DNA from: the human T2T-CHM13v2.0 reference genome, Homo sapiens
DNA: 64,000 nucleotides
Assembly: GCF_009914755.1 (NCBI RefSeq)
Contig: NC_060931.1
Strand: one strand, 5' to 3'
The notes beneath the pieces were generated by a model that made no database searches, had not been told where the DNA came from, and worked only from the letters and a program-made list of their open reading frames with translations. A program made the translations under genes and the position numbers. Of the stretch, positions 13,372 to 36,348 are shown piece by piece. The stretch's first letter is position 1; the number at the start of each line of letters is the position of its first letter.

Positions 13372-14367
13372 TAGAGGCCCAATGGGAAGGGGGCAGAGAA
13401 GGAGATGAGGTGTGACCCCATCACAGAAGGGGTGACACCTAGGCTCCGGTGAGTTTTTGTTCTTGTTACATTCTCTTCCTTTTTAGAAAGGTAAGAAAAT
13501 ATTGACACAATAATATATCTACATGGTTCAAAATTCCAGTGGCACAGAAACAATGGTATCTCCTCTCACTCTTGTCCCCAGCCACCCATGTCCCCTCCTC
13601 GCAAGCAATTGATGTTCCCAGTTTCTTGTAGATCTTTCTAGAGTTTTTTCATGACATAAATGCAAACATGTCATCTCCCCTTTTCTTCCCCTCTACAAAC
13701 AGTAGCAGGCTATGGCGGAAACACATTTTCCTTGCTTGCTTTTCTGTTTCTTCTTGGCAATCTTTCCCTATCAGTACATAAAGAGCATCCCCATTTGTAA
13801 AGGGTTGCCTGGCATTCAATTGTACGGCTGTATGTAATTTATTTAACAGTCCCCAGATGAGGGACAATTAGGTTGCTTCTAATGTTTTATAATTTAAAAT
13901 GATGTGGCTACAGAATAACCTTGCAGACATCATTTCACAATTGTGTTTATAGACCTCTTAGTTTCTAGAAGTGTAATTCCTGGGTCAAAGTTATGTGCTT
14001 TTAGCATTTCAAAAGTTCTTGCCAGGTGCCTCCTTAGAGGTTGTATCAGTGTACACTCCTACCAACAACGCAGAAACATGCCTGTTCCCCATACACCCTG
14101 AATCCCTAGTGTGGTATCAGACTTTGTAGTTTTTAGCATCTTAAAGGAGTTTACCTGGAGGTCTTGGAGAATGAGGCTGGAGGAGGAGAGGGAGCTGGGG
14201 TTGCAGCTGTTGTGAATGAGGCCAGAAAGTCAGGGAAACTGGAATGGGAGGCAGGGAACTCTAGGCTCTCCAGTGAGCCGTGCTTACTCTCTGCTGCAAT
14301 AACAACACTAGCCATCGTTTATGAAACATTTGCTATGGGTCAGGCACCACTCTAAGGCTGTAAGCCT

Positions 14368-14782
14368 GGAGTCAGACTCTTGTTCTGAAAAGGGCCAGAT
14401 TGTACATGTTTGTTATTCTATAGGCAAAATAGTCTCTGTTGGCAACCACTCAGCTCTGCCTTTTTAACAGGAAAGCAGCCACAGACACCAAAGAAATGAA
14501 CCAGAGTGGCTGTGTTCCAAGGAAACTTTATTTATGGATGCTGAAATTTGATTTTCATATAATTTTTGCATGCCACAAAATATTTTTTGAAGCAACAGCA
14601 AATATTTATTGAACACTTACTCTGTGCCATTAAAAAACAACAACAATTGTTTCATTTACTTTTCCCCAAGTCCCATGAGGGCCCATTTCCCATCCCCCCA
14701 ACCAAGCCATTGAGAAGGGTAAAATCCATTCGTAGCCTGTGGGGCTGTGCCCCGTGACAGACCACGGTTTGCTGATTCCTGC
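14368..14782 (+). mobile_element. MER58-like hAT-Charlie DNA transposon
   Basis: aaagggccagattgta, gaaagcagccacagaca and ggctgtgttccaaggaaactttattta motifs. Confidence 0.65.
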
Positions 14783-14800
14783 TGTAGAGGTTCTCATTTA

Positions 14801-15199
14801 GACTGGATAAAGAAAATATGGTACACGTATACCCTGGAATACTATGCAGCCATAAAAAAGAATGAGATCATGTCCTTTGCAGCAACATAGATGGGGCTGA
14901 AGACCATTATCCTAAGTGAACTAACAAAGGAACAGAAAACCAAATACTGGATGTTCTCACTTAGAAGTGGGAGCTAAACATCTTCACATGGATACAAAGA
15001 AGGGAACAACAGACACCAGGTTCTACTGGAGGGTGGAGGGAGGGAAGAGGGTGAGGATCAGAAAACTACCTATTGAGTACTATGCTTATTATTTGGTGAC
15101 AAGATAGTCTGTGCACCCAACCCCCACGATATGCAATTTACCCATATAACAAATATGCACATGTACCCCAAACCTACAATAAAAGTTAAAAAAAAATGA
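14801..15199 (+). mobile_element. 5'-truncated L1 3' end (old primate, L1PA16/L1PB-like)
   Basis: L1 3' consensus with AATAAA and A-tail; TSD AGGTTCTCATTTA at 14788-14800 and 15200-15212. Confidence 0.9.
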
Positions 15200-15236
15200 A
15201 GGTTCTCATTTAATCCTCACAATTGTAGGACCTTCT

Positions 15237-15533
15237 ATTTTATTCTTTTTGAGGTAGGGTCTCGTTCTGTGGCCCAGGCTGGAATGCAGTGCTGTGATGA
15301 TGGGTCCCTGCAGCCCCAACCTCCCAGGCTCAAGCAATCCTCCCTCCTCAGCCTCCCAAGTAGCTGGGACCACAGGCACATGCCACCACACTCGGTTAAT
15401 CTAAAAAAATTTTTTTTGTAGAGGTTGGGGTCTCGCCATGTTGCCCAGGCTGGTTTCAAACTCCTGAGCTCAAGCAATCCTCCAGCCTCAGCCTGGAGGC
15501 TGGAATTACTGGTGTGAACCACTGCGCCCCGCT
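15237..15533 (-). mobile_element. AluJ
   Basis: Antisense Alu dimer with AluJ diagnostics. Confidence 0.85.
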
Positions 15534-16179
15534 GTAGGGCTTTTACATCCCCATTTAACAAATGGCAAAACAGAGTCCTAGGCAGGTCCAAGAGAAAAGA
15601 GGTCTCAGTTAGCACTCAAGGAGGCGGCCACACTCACGGCTCCAGCTGGACCATCAGTAAGGAGGACCGAAGGACTCCCACCCCGCTGCGGAGCAGCCCT
15701 TTCCGCCCCGCTCCCAGAGCACTGCGGCCTCCTCCTCACTTGCTTCCTGCAGGTGAGAGGTGGTGGACAGGACCTGTGAGGGTCTGGGCCAGCCTCCTGG
15801 CTTCATAGGTAAGGAATGGGGTTTTGTGTGGTGTGTGCGTCTCAGCCTTCACGGAGCATTCCTAACAGTTCTCTACTTCGCCACATGCAGTGAGGTCCAC
15901 TTATTTTCTCCTGATCTGGGCTATTTCCTTCCCTTCCCTTACTCAGCCCTCCCTCTTACTTGGGGAGCCAAGGTCTCCAGGGAAAGCTATTTATTTCGTG
16001 GCCAGAGAGGCCGCAGCCCTAGCAATCCCAGGAACCCCCACATCTGCGCAGGCCAGCCAGGCTGGAGAAGCTGGAATTTCACAGCCTGGAGGTGATCAGG
16101 CCCAGTCAGGCGGCTTCACTCTTTTCTCTTCAGTCCCTGCCCTGGATGCAGGGACCAAGTAGCCCCCCTGCGTGGGGAC

Positions 16180-16624
16180 TGTATTAATTCCCTAGGGCTG
16201 CCATACAGGGTATTACAAATGGAGTGGCTTGAAACAACAGCAGTTTATTCTTGGACAGTTCTGGAGACCAGAAGTCAGAAGTGGAGGTGCCAGTCAGGCC
16301 TGCTTCCTCGGAGACGCTGGGTAGAGCTCTTCCTTGCCTCCTCCCGGCTTCTGGTGTGGCCTTGCTCCTTGGTGCTTTTGGCTTACAGACATTCGCTCCA
16401 GTCTCTGCCTCCATCTTCCCATGATATTCTTTCTGTGTTTGTGTCTGTCTCCTTTCCTCTTCTTACAAGGACATCAGTGATATTGGATAAGGGCCCACCC
16501 TAATGACCTCATCTTGAGCTCATTATATCTGCAAAGACCCTGTTTCCAGATAAGGTCCCGTTCACAGGTACCAGAGGTTAGGGTTTCAATGTATCTTTTT
16601 AGGTGACCCATTCAATCCAAAGCA
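16180..16624 (-). mobile_element. MaLR solo LTR (MLT1C-like)
   Basis: tgtattaattccctagggctgcc start; atctgcaaagaccctgtttcc motif. Confidence 0.75.
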
Positions 16625-16748
16625 GGGACCTTGCCTCTTGGCGAACATGCACAGTGAAGACCACCCTTGAATACCAGAGTTCGTCTCTTAAGTGGGCTAT
16701 AATATGAAAAATATGGGAAGGCATTCATGTGCGAAAGCCAGAATAGGG

Positions 16749-16813
16749 AGAAGCCACCTGGATTTGAACCCCAACTTCTTGACCTACAGTCCAGTGCCCT
16801 AAGCTGTGGCCCC
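16749..16813 (-). pseudogene. Degenerate tRNA-Cys-derived pseudogene (anticodon position reads GTA; D-loop deletion; intact B-box)
   Basis: Minus strand GGGGCCACAGCTTAG------GGCACTGGACTGTAGGTCAAGAAGT-TGGGGTTCAAATCCAGGTGGCTTCT aligns to the tRNA-Cys at 17964 with blocks of 12/15, 19/25 and 16/16 identity. Confidence 0.8.
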
Positions 16814-17963
16814 AACACATCAGCAGTTCTTATGGGTCCTTTTCTCCAGTGGGGTCACACTCAGGGCCCATGTTGACTATTAATTCTGCAAGGAGGTCCT
16901 GCTGTACTGTAGGCCTTGGGCCTCGATGCCTCTCTAAGATCCTCCCCCATTGTCTCACCCAACACTGTGCAATGACCATCCTTGAACTTTCTTGTCAAGG
17001 CTGCACCTGAATCCATTGCTCTTGCTGCCATTTTCACATGGAATTCCTTCCCACCTGCCTTGTTTAAGTAAGCCCTTCAGAACGCAAAGCCCATTTTGAA
17101 TAGGGAACATGCCATTACCCTAGTTTTGGTCAGGTGTGTAATTTACACCCTCTCCTCTGTATTCCAAGAGCTATTATCATGAATTGCCATGACAGGCATT
17201 TCCACTAAACTTTTAGCTCCTGAGGCCGGGAATTGTGTGGTTGTTAGAGTCTGGGACACAGGAGGCACCTACTAGTGCTCATTGAATTAATGCATGAAAC
17301 TCATCAAGGAATCTGGCTGTGCAGGGCTTCCCATGGCTCTGTTTAGCAGAGGCAGTAGGTTGCTAGTCTTTCTTAATATGTTCCACTCTGCTGAGAATAC
17401 TGAGAGGCCCCTAGGGCTGCAGTGATGGTCCCCCATGGCCATGTCCTGGCTACTCCTGACTTCTTTTAGAGAACCACTTTTCTCCTCATACTATAGACAT
17501 ATATTCTGAGTGGAGGCAGATATATTCTTAGAAGACCTTACTCCTGAAATGGTTATACCCCTTACATATCTTAATCCTTGGTGGCAGTGGCTGCTCATGG
17601 ATAGGCACAGAACCCAAGCCAAACCAACCACAGTCCTTCTCTAGAATTTTTTAGACTCAAGTCTTTTTCTCTCTGGCAATCAAAGTGTGGAGCTATGAAC
17701 CTACAAATGTTGGAGGCAGGGTCTCAGCTGCGTGGAGAGTTGGGTTTGAGACATTAAAACTAACTTAAGAGGGAACCAAAGAATAAAGCTACAGGGAGAG
17801 AGTCCTGAGAACATTTGAGTTCCTGGAAGTCAGCTTCTTGTCTGATATTTACATTATATTTTATTTTCTATCAGCTGAAATTTAATCTCTGCCACTTACC
17901 ATCATGTTAATACAACACGATTCCAAAGCTGAAATAATATTAATAGGAAACATAATGGCAGCA

Positions 17964-18035
17964 GGGGGCATAGCTCAGTGGTAGAGCATTTGACTGCAGA
18001 TCAAGAGGTCCCTGGTTCAAATCCAGGTGCCCCCT
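17964..18035 (+). tRNA. tRNA-Cys(GCA), D-loop variant CAGTGGTAG (likely tRNA-Cys-GCA-1-1)
   Basis: GGGGGCATAGCTCAGTGGTAGAGCATTTGACTGCAGATCAAGAGGTCCCTGGTTCAAATCCAGGTGCCCCCT; full cloverleaf, anticodon 17996-17998, U discriminator, TTTT terminator at 18038-18041. Confidence 0.98.
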
Positions 18036-18370
18036 AGTTTTCTTCACTTCTAGAATGCATCTTTTGGGAGACAGTATTTGAGACAAAAAAGGAGATGAAG
18101 GAGAAACAATGAAAGAAGCTTAAGAAGAGGGAGAAATGGATGCTGGGTAAAAAGAATCAACAACTGTCCACCAGAGGGAGTGATATGGTCAGGCTGAAAT
18201 CTGAAAAAAAATACCTAGTTTGGCCCAGCAATGTCTGAGTTGGAGGAGAAGACAGGAAGAGATGCTAGACCACTGCAATAATGATGTGCTGAGCAGAGCT
18301 GGACTGAGTATTGTTCCTTCTCAACAATTAGCCTCACTGAAGGTCTAGTCCCAAAGCCCTTGCAATCTCT

Positions 18371-18747
18371 TGATATGGTTTGGTTCTGTGTTGTCACCCA
18401 AATCTCTTGTTGAATTGTAATCCCCAGTGTTGGGGTAGGGATCTAGTGGGGGGTGATTATGGGGCAGATTTTTCCCTTGCTGTTCTTGTGATAGCGAGTG
18501 AGTTCTCATGAGATCTGGTTGTTTGAGAGTGTGTAGCACTTCCCCCTTTACTCTCTTTCTTTCCTGCCGGCCATGTGAATATGTGCTTGCTTCTCACACC
18601 CCTTCTGCCATGATTGTAAGTTTCCTGAGGCCTTCCCAGAAGAAGCCTGTACATCCCACAGAACTGTGAGCCAATTACACCTATTTTCTTTATAAATTAC
18701 CCAGTCTCAGGTATGTCTTTATAGCAGTGTGAGAACAAACAAATACA
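18371..18747 (+). mobile_element. MST (MaLR) solo LTR
   Basis: TGATATGGTTTGG...AAATACA; MSTA/B-type body. Confidence 0.9.
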
Positions 18748-19069
18748 CTTCTCTTTCCCTTCCCCCATGCTGTGGACAAAGATATCAACAAGAAAATTTT
18801 TCTTTGCTGGTCTGCACATAAGCTCAAGCTCAAAAGAGCTGTTGGCCTGGCGTGCAGAGACCTCTCCTGGAGGCCTGAGACTAGGATGATGATCATGTTG
18901 TCCCTTGGGTACTCCGTATATATCTGCAGTGGGAACAGTTCTCTGGCCCAGGAGCTCCTTGACTGCCAAAACAAAGTCTTCATCAGCTAGGGGTTCACAG
19001 AACATGACACAGATTGGAACAGGCAGGAGCTCAATAAATGTTTGTTGAATACACGAACTAGTGATGACC

Positions 19070-27100
<8,031 letters not shown>

Positions 27101-28111
27101 TGAGACAGCAGGTCATTGCTGGGGAAAAGCCATACAACTGTGTTGACTAGACTCACCTGAGACCGCTACTTGGCACTTAACATTTCCAGGCAAGCCTGTT
27201 AGTTTATGTAATACTCTTGCCTTATCACCTCCTGAGACGGCTATTTTGCCTCTTCTATTCTCTTCTCAAATCCTCAACATGCCCTTCTCATCTTCTATTG
27301 TAGTTGAATATGCAACAGTTGTCAGAATCAAAATGGAATCACTTGCGTTAAAAAACCCTTACAAATAGAGTTGGGGAAGGGCACGAGGGAGGGTTCTCCG
27401 CACCAGTGCCTGATAAGAAGGACTATCACAGAAGACTGCAAAACCCACAGGTTCCACAAAGGTAATTGCAACCTTACACACACAAAATATACTTTTGTGA
27501 GAACGTCTGTCCAGAAACTGCTAATCTTGGACTGGCACCCTCTTATTGTTGATCCTTAGTGCCAAGGATAATTGTCTGAAAGCAATTATATAATTCGCCT
27601 TACTTTTTTTCATTAAAAACCTTTGTCTTTACCTCCGTGAATACACACATAGTTACTATGGCACACATATCCCCATTGCAATGCTCTGTTTCCAATAAGC
27701 AGAATTTTTAGAGTGTCCCTCTGTATTTCTTAGTTTGACAAAATGGTGTCTCGAGTGGGACTGAAGTGAGCTCAGCTTGAATGGGTTGGTGGCTCCGGAA
27801 TCAAGTGTGGTACCACCTGAGCTCTTTGCACTCTGCTTCTGTCAGTTACCTTTTCTGCCCTGGTGAATCTCGAGTTTTTGGACTCCCTGTCTTTGGTGAG
27901 TTCTTTTTTATTTTATTCATGTTCTGATTTGGTTATAAGGCCACCTCAATAAAGAACTTTGCATCTGTCCTGGGATGACAGAAGACTTTGTTTTTCTGGC
28001 AAACCATTTCTGGTATAAGAACAATGTCCTTCTGGTTTCAGTACTCTGGTTTCTACAGAATTTATCTTCTGTCTGGTTCTCCATGCCTGGTTTAATATTT
28101 TGTTTGGTCTG

Positions 28112-30048
<1,937 letters not shown>

Positions 30049-30616
30049 GTCTGCATACTTGGCTTAAAATTTTTATGAACACTCTTACTTTTGGTTTCAT
30101 TTTGGTCAGGTCACATGTATCTGTAAGTGATTTGGCTCTTTTCTCCCTTGTTTCTGAACATGTTCTGAGAGGAAAAAAAAAAAACATTCTAAATGGTGGG
30201 CATAAGATGACCAATTAAAAGCTACTAGGTGGTCACTGCTATCTGTCATGCCAGTTCAAATTACTCACATTCTTTGACAGGATTTCTAGGATTTTTTTTT
30301 TGCCCTTGAGAGATAAACAAGAAGTGGAACGCGATTATCAAATTCTAAAGGCATACCACTAAAACCTTCCTTTGGGATTCCAGTCAGCTGTATCATAGTT
30401 GATTCTCATGTACATTTTAAAACTGATGGGCAAATTACACCAAGAAAAATGTAGAGCACAAATGGTCATTATTCACAGGCTCTAAGAAAACTGCAGCCAA
30501 CTATAGGGTTAACATGTAGATTCTTCCAAGTTCTCTGTCTACTTTTTTCTGCTTATTTTGACTCTGATGACTTTTCTCCTGGCATTAGGATGAATTCACT
30601 GGTTATGGCATTCCAG

Positions 30617-31067
30617 CCTCTCTCTCTCTCTATTTAAATATATATATTATGTATATTTAATAAATATATTTAACATAATATATATTAAATATATATACAA
30701 TATTAAATATATATAATATATATATTAAATATATATACAATATTAAATATATATTATATATATTAAATATATATACTTAAATAAAGATAGGGTCTCACTC
30801 TGTCACCTAGGCTAGAGTACAATGGCATGATCATAGCTCACTGCAGCCTCCAACTCCTGGGATCAAGTGATCTTCTTGCCTCAGCCTCTTGAGTAGCTAG
30901 GACCACATTTGAGTACAATCACACCCAGCTAATTTTGTTATTTTTTTGTAGAGACAGGGGCCTCACTATGTTACCCAGGATGGTCTTGGACTCCTGACCT
31001 CAAGCCCTCCTCCTGCCTCAGCCTCCCACAGCTGGGATTATAGGCATGAGCCACCATGTCCTGCCCC
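30617..31067 (-). mobile_element. AluJ with tail expanded into a (CT)n and AT-rich microsatellite
   Basis: Alu body ~30786-31067; repeated ATATTAAATATATATA units at ~30630-30785. Confidence 0.85.
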
Positions 31068-31361
31068 TAGCCAAGATTATTTAAAAAGGAGTCTTAAAGG
31101 GCTTTCAAATCAATAGCTTTACAAATTACAATAGCTCCATGACAACTAACAACCTAGACACCTTTTGGAAATGAAAATTCAGGTTTGCCCAACTAACAAC
31201 TACTCAAGGTGATGGAAAAATTAAAGGATTGACATTCTAAAAGAAAAGAACTAAATAAATATTTATAAAAGTTAGGCTACCAGATCAAACAAGTCAAAAC
31301 CTTGAGCTCAGAGTAATAATATAAGGAAGGTATCTCCACCCAGCATAAAAATTGCTTTACC

Positions 31362-31660
31362 GGCCAGGCACGGTGGCTCACGCCTGTAATCCCAGCACTT
31401 TGGGAGGCCGAGGTGGGCGGATCACGAGGTCAGGAGATCAAGACCATCCTGGCTAACACGGTGAAACCCGTCTCTACTAAAAATACAAAAAAAAGTTATC
31501 CAGGCGTGGTGGCGGGCGCCTGTAGTCCCAGCTGCTCAGGAGGCTGAGGCAGGAGAATGGCATGAACCCGGGAGGCAGAGCTTGCAGTGAGCCAAGATAG
31601 TGCCACTGCAGTCCGGCCTGGGCAAAAGAGCAAGACTCTGTCTCAAAAAAAAAAAAAAAA
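31362..31660 (+). mobile_element. AluY
   Basis: ggatcacgaggtcaggagatc and ggctaacacggtgaaaccc; TSD aaaattgctttacc on both sides. Confidence 0.95.
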
Positions 31661-31852
31661 TTGCTTTACCACATAGGGGCAAAGCAATTAAATGAGCACT
31701 CACAGAAAATATATAATAATTAACCCAAATACCTTTTAGTTTATGTGACTTACATAAATCTTTGATAAGCTAGTTTTAATTTGTTGATAAAAATAGAAAG
31801 GCCTTTAAAATGGTCAGCATATACTTTTGCCTGGGTTTGCTGGCCAGATAAG

Positions 31853-32260
<408 letters not shown>

Positions 32261-33843
32261 TGATAAATAAGACTAATTTAACATTGTTGATTTAGTAAAA
32301 ACAGTTGTATCTTCTGAGGTATTGGCAAAATATCCACATATGTAAAGTTACTTGTTACTCAGGTGAATACCTGATATTCACAGGCTACAGAAAAGGGCTA
32401 ACAGGGAAATGACTTAAAATGATGACTAGTTTTGTCTACTATTTTAGTTTTCGTAAGTAATCTGGGTATAATTGTTTAAAATAAATCAATATAAATGAGA
32501 TTCACATTTATAAACTTTTCATGCAATTTGAAATCTTAACATTATTAAATTAAGTGATACTAAATGTCTGGGTTATTTTTAAGTAAGACAAAATACTAAA
32601 ACATACATTGCTAAACATAAATATAAGTTTATTCTCGGCATCTTAAATTTTATAGGAAGACTAAATAAATTTAGATCTACTAATACAAAATAAAAATTGT
32701 GTTATGGGGAAACATACTTCTAAAAATTATAACATGGTTCTCCATCTATAAAATACTAATATGTGACAGGCAGCTCAAAATTTTTTGCTTCCTAGGTTTT
32801 CACTAGAATTTAAGGTTACTAAGAGTTAAAAATTCTAATTAATATATATGATTCTGTCTACAAAGTACACAAAAATCATTTGATGAGAAAAATTAGGCTT
32901 TAAAAATGTGTTCTTTATTGAGAAAAAAACAGTAATTTTGTCTAATTCAGAGATTATTTAAAGGCTGTTTCAAAATATGTGTTTAGGAATGAAATAGAAG
33001 CAATATAGAAAGTAACCAGTAAGTAGGAGAGAGAGATGAAGAAACTAATAGGTATGGAACTGTAATTTTGGTAAGGAAGGTTAAAAAGAAAAGAGAATAA
33101 TTTTATATGAGAAATAATCTTGTGTGGTATATTTTTGTCCCAAAGTAAAACGACTACTTATTTGGGAAAGAGGAAGTATAGGACAAAGCAGAAGGTCTAA
33201 GCATGTCATGGAAGGTCTGTGCAAGTCGTGAAAGGTTTGTGAAGGATGCATTTATGAAATAACTTTTTTGTGTGTGATCAAGTAGGCTATAATTAGAAGG
33301 GAATTATTAAAATTATTTCTAAACATTGAGGTTTTATGTTAAAAATTACTAATACAAAACTAAAAATGTGATCCCTTATGTTAGAACAAGGTTTTCTTGA
33401 AGTAAAATTACAAGAAGTTTTGATTTTAATTATGAAATGTTTAACAGCTGTATTCTAAACTGCAGCCTCTTCCTGTTTTATGGTTTCTATTTATGTCACA
33501 TTTCGTCCTGAGATTTATTTAATTTCCCTAGTTTCAGTTGAAAATGCTGTCTTCATCATTTAGAATGGTAATTTTATTTCTTGAGGTAGAGTTTTCCTCT
33601 ACCTCAAGGTTCATATCTCAGAAATTCAACTTCCCAGGTTCATATCTCAGAAGTTCAACTGTGGCTGTGTCTCCCTGCAGGTGATTTGCAAGTAATATAT
33701 TCATTTTTTTGCCTGGCTGGGGTGATAATTTTAACTTTTTCATCAGCTCAGTTCTCTAGTTCTAACTCTGCTGGTATGGCCTGACACTGAAATACTTATC
33801 TTGAAGGTCTAGAAGAGAAATGTTTTTGTTTAATATAACTTGA

Positions 33844-34352
<509 letters not shown>

Positions 34353-34807
34353 TAAGTGAGCTTCCTGTAAGAATAAGCAATCACATTTCAGGATGTTTGT
34401 CTTATCTTTTTGGTAACTGTTCTAAGAAACAGTCTTTATTAGGTTTTTGATTACTTAGGAAAACTGAGCTTTGAAAGCTTTAAGTCTACAAAAAATCCAT
34501 GTAACTTTCTGTATTGCTTTTGAAATTTTTGACTATCACTATGGTTAAATGAATGACTATTATTTCACAGTGACCTGTAATCCTGTTTTAATCAGGTGTT
34601 TAAAAAGTTTTGGCATCTTTGACAGGCTTTCCCAATGTAAAAATTCTAAATTAAGTCTTTTTGATCTTGAATTTGCTTTGTGATTTTTCCAGTTGAGCCC
34701 CAGGAGAGCATCAAAAGATGTATCTCTCATTTTTATAGAGATAGTAAATGATTAGGCTTGTTTGGTAAATTATACAGGATGCTTTGTCAGATGATAAGTG
34801 ATGCTAG

Positions 34808-35144
<337 letters not shown>

Positions 35145-35671
35145 TGATATGTTATTGACCTAAATGTTCCAAAATTGTATTAAACTCTTAAAAATATAAT
35201 GTCATTAGACATAATTTGGGTTATGTTGTATGCCACAAAAATAACCAAATTTCTGTGTCAATTGCTGATGATAATGAACTTACATCAGATTTTTAAACAT
35301 GATTATTTTAAGTTTTTGTCATCCACAGTTATTGTTTTGATTTTTCTCTAAAAGCATTTGGAATCAGATTCATGGAGGAGACTCTAACAAGTACACTTAA
35401 ATATGGGCTTCTAATAATTTTAAGATCAATTAACTAAATAAAAATCTTTAGGCCAGGCACAGCGGCTCACGCCACTGTGGCCAATCTTTTCCCTCCAAAA
35501 TGGGACCAGAGCAGCAGTTTGGGACAGGTTCATCTCAGCACCAAGGAACATAATCCTAACTACAGAATGATTTGATCAGCAATGCTTTTAGAGAAAGACC
35601 TTGATCAAAAGGGGGAAAGGTGGAAGTTGTCAGAATCAAAATGGAGTTAATTGTATTAAAAACTCTGACAA

Positions 35672-36348
<677 letters not shown>

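Noticed and set aside
16749-16813. Reading the relic as a genuine tRNA-Tyr(GTA)
   Set aside because: The body is Cys-type, it has no intron, and the acceptor, D and T stems are broken, so it cannot fold as a functional tRNA.
30617-30785. Periodic AT-rich array that superficially resembles a repeat-spacer array
   Set aside because: Slippage-expanded Alu tail with no unique spacers; eukaryotic context, not CRISPR.
33607-33660. Short tandem duplication aggttcatatctcagaa(a/g)ttcaact
   Set aside because: Ordinary local duplication within ERV internal sequence.
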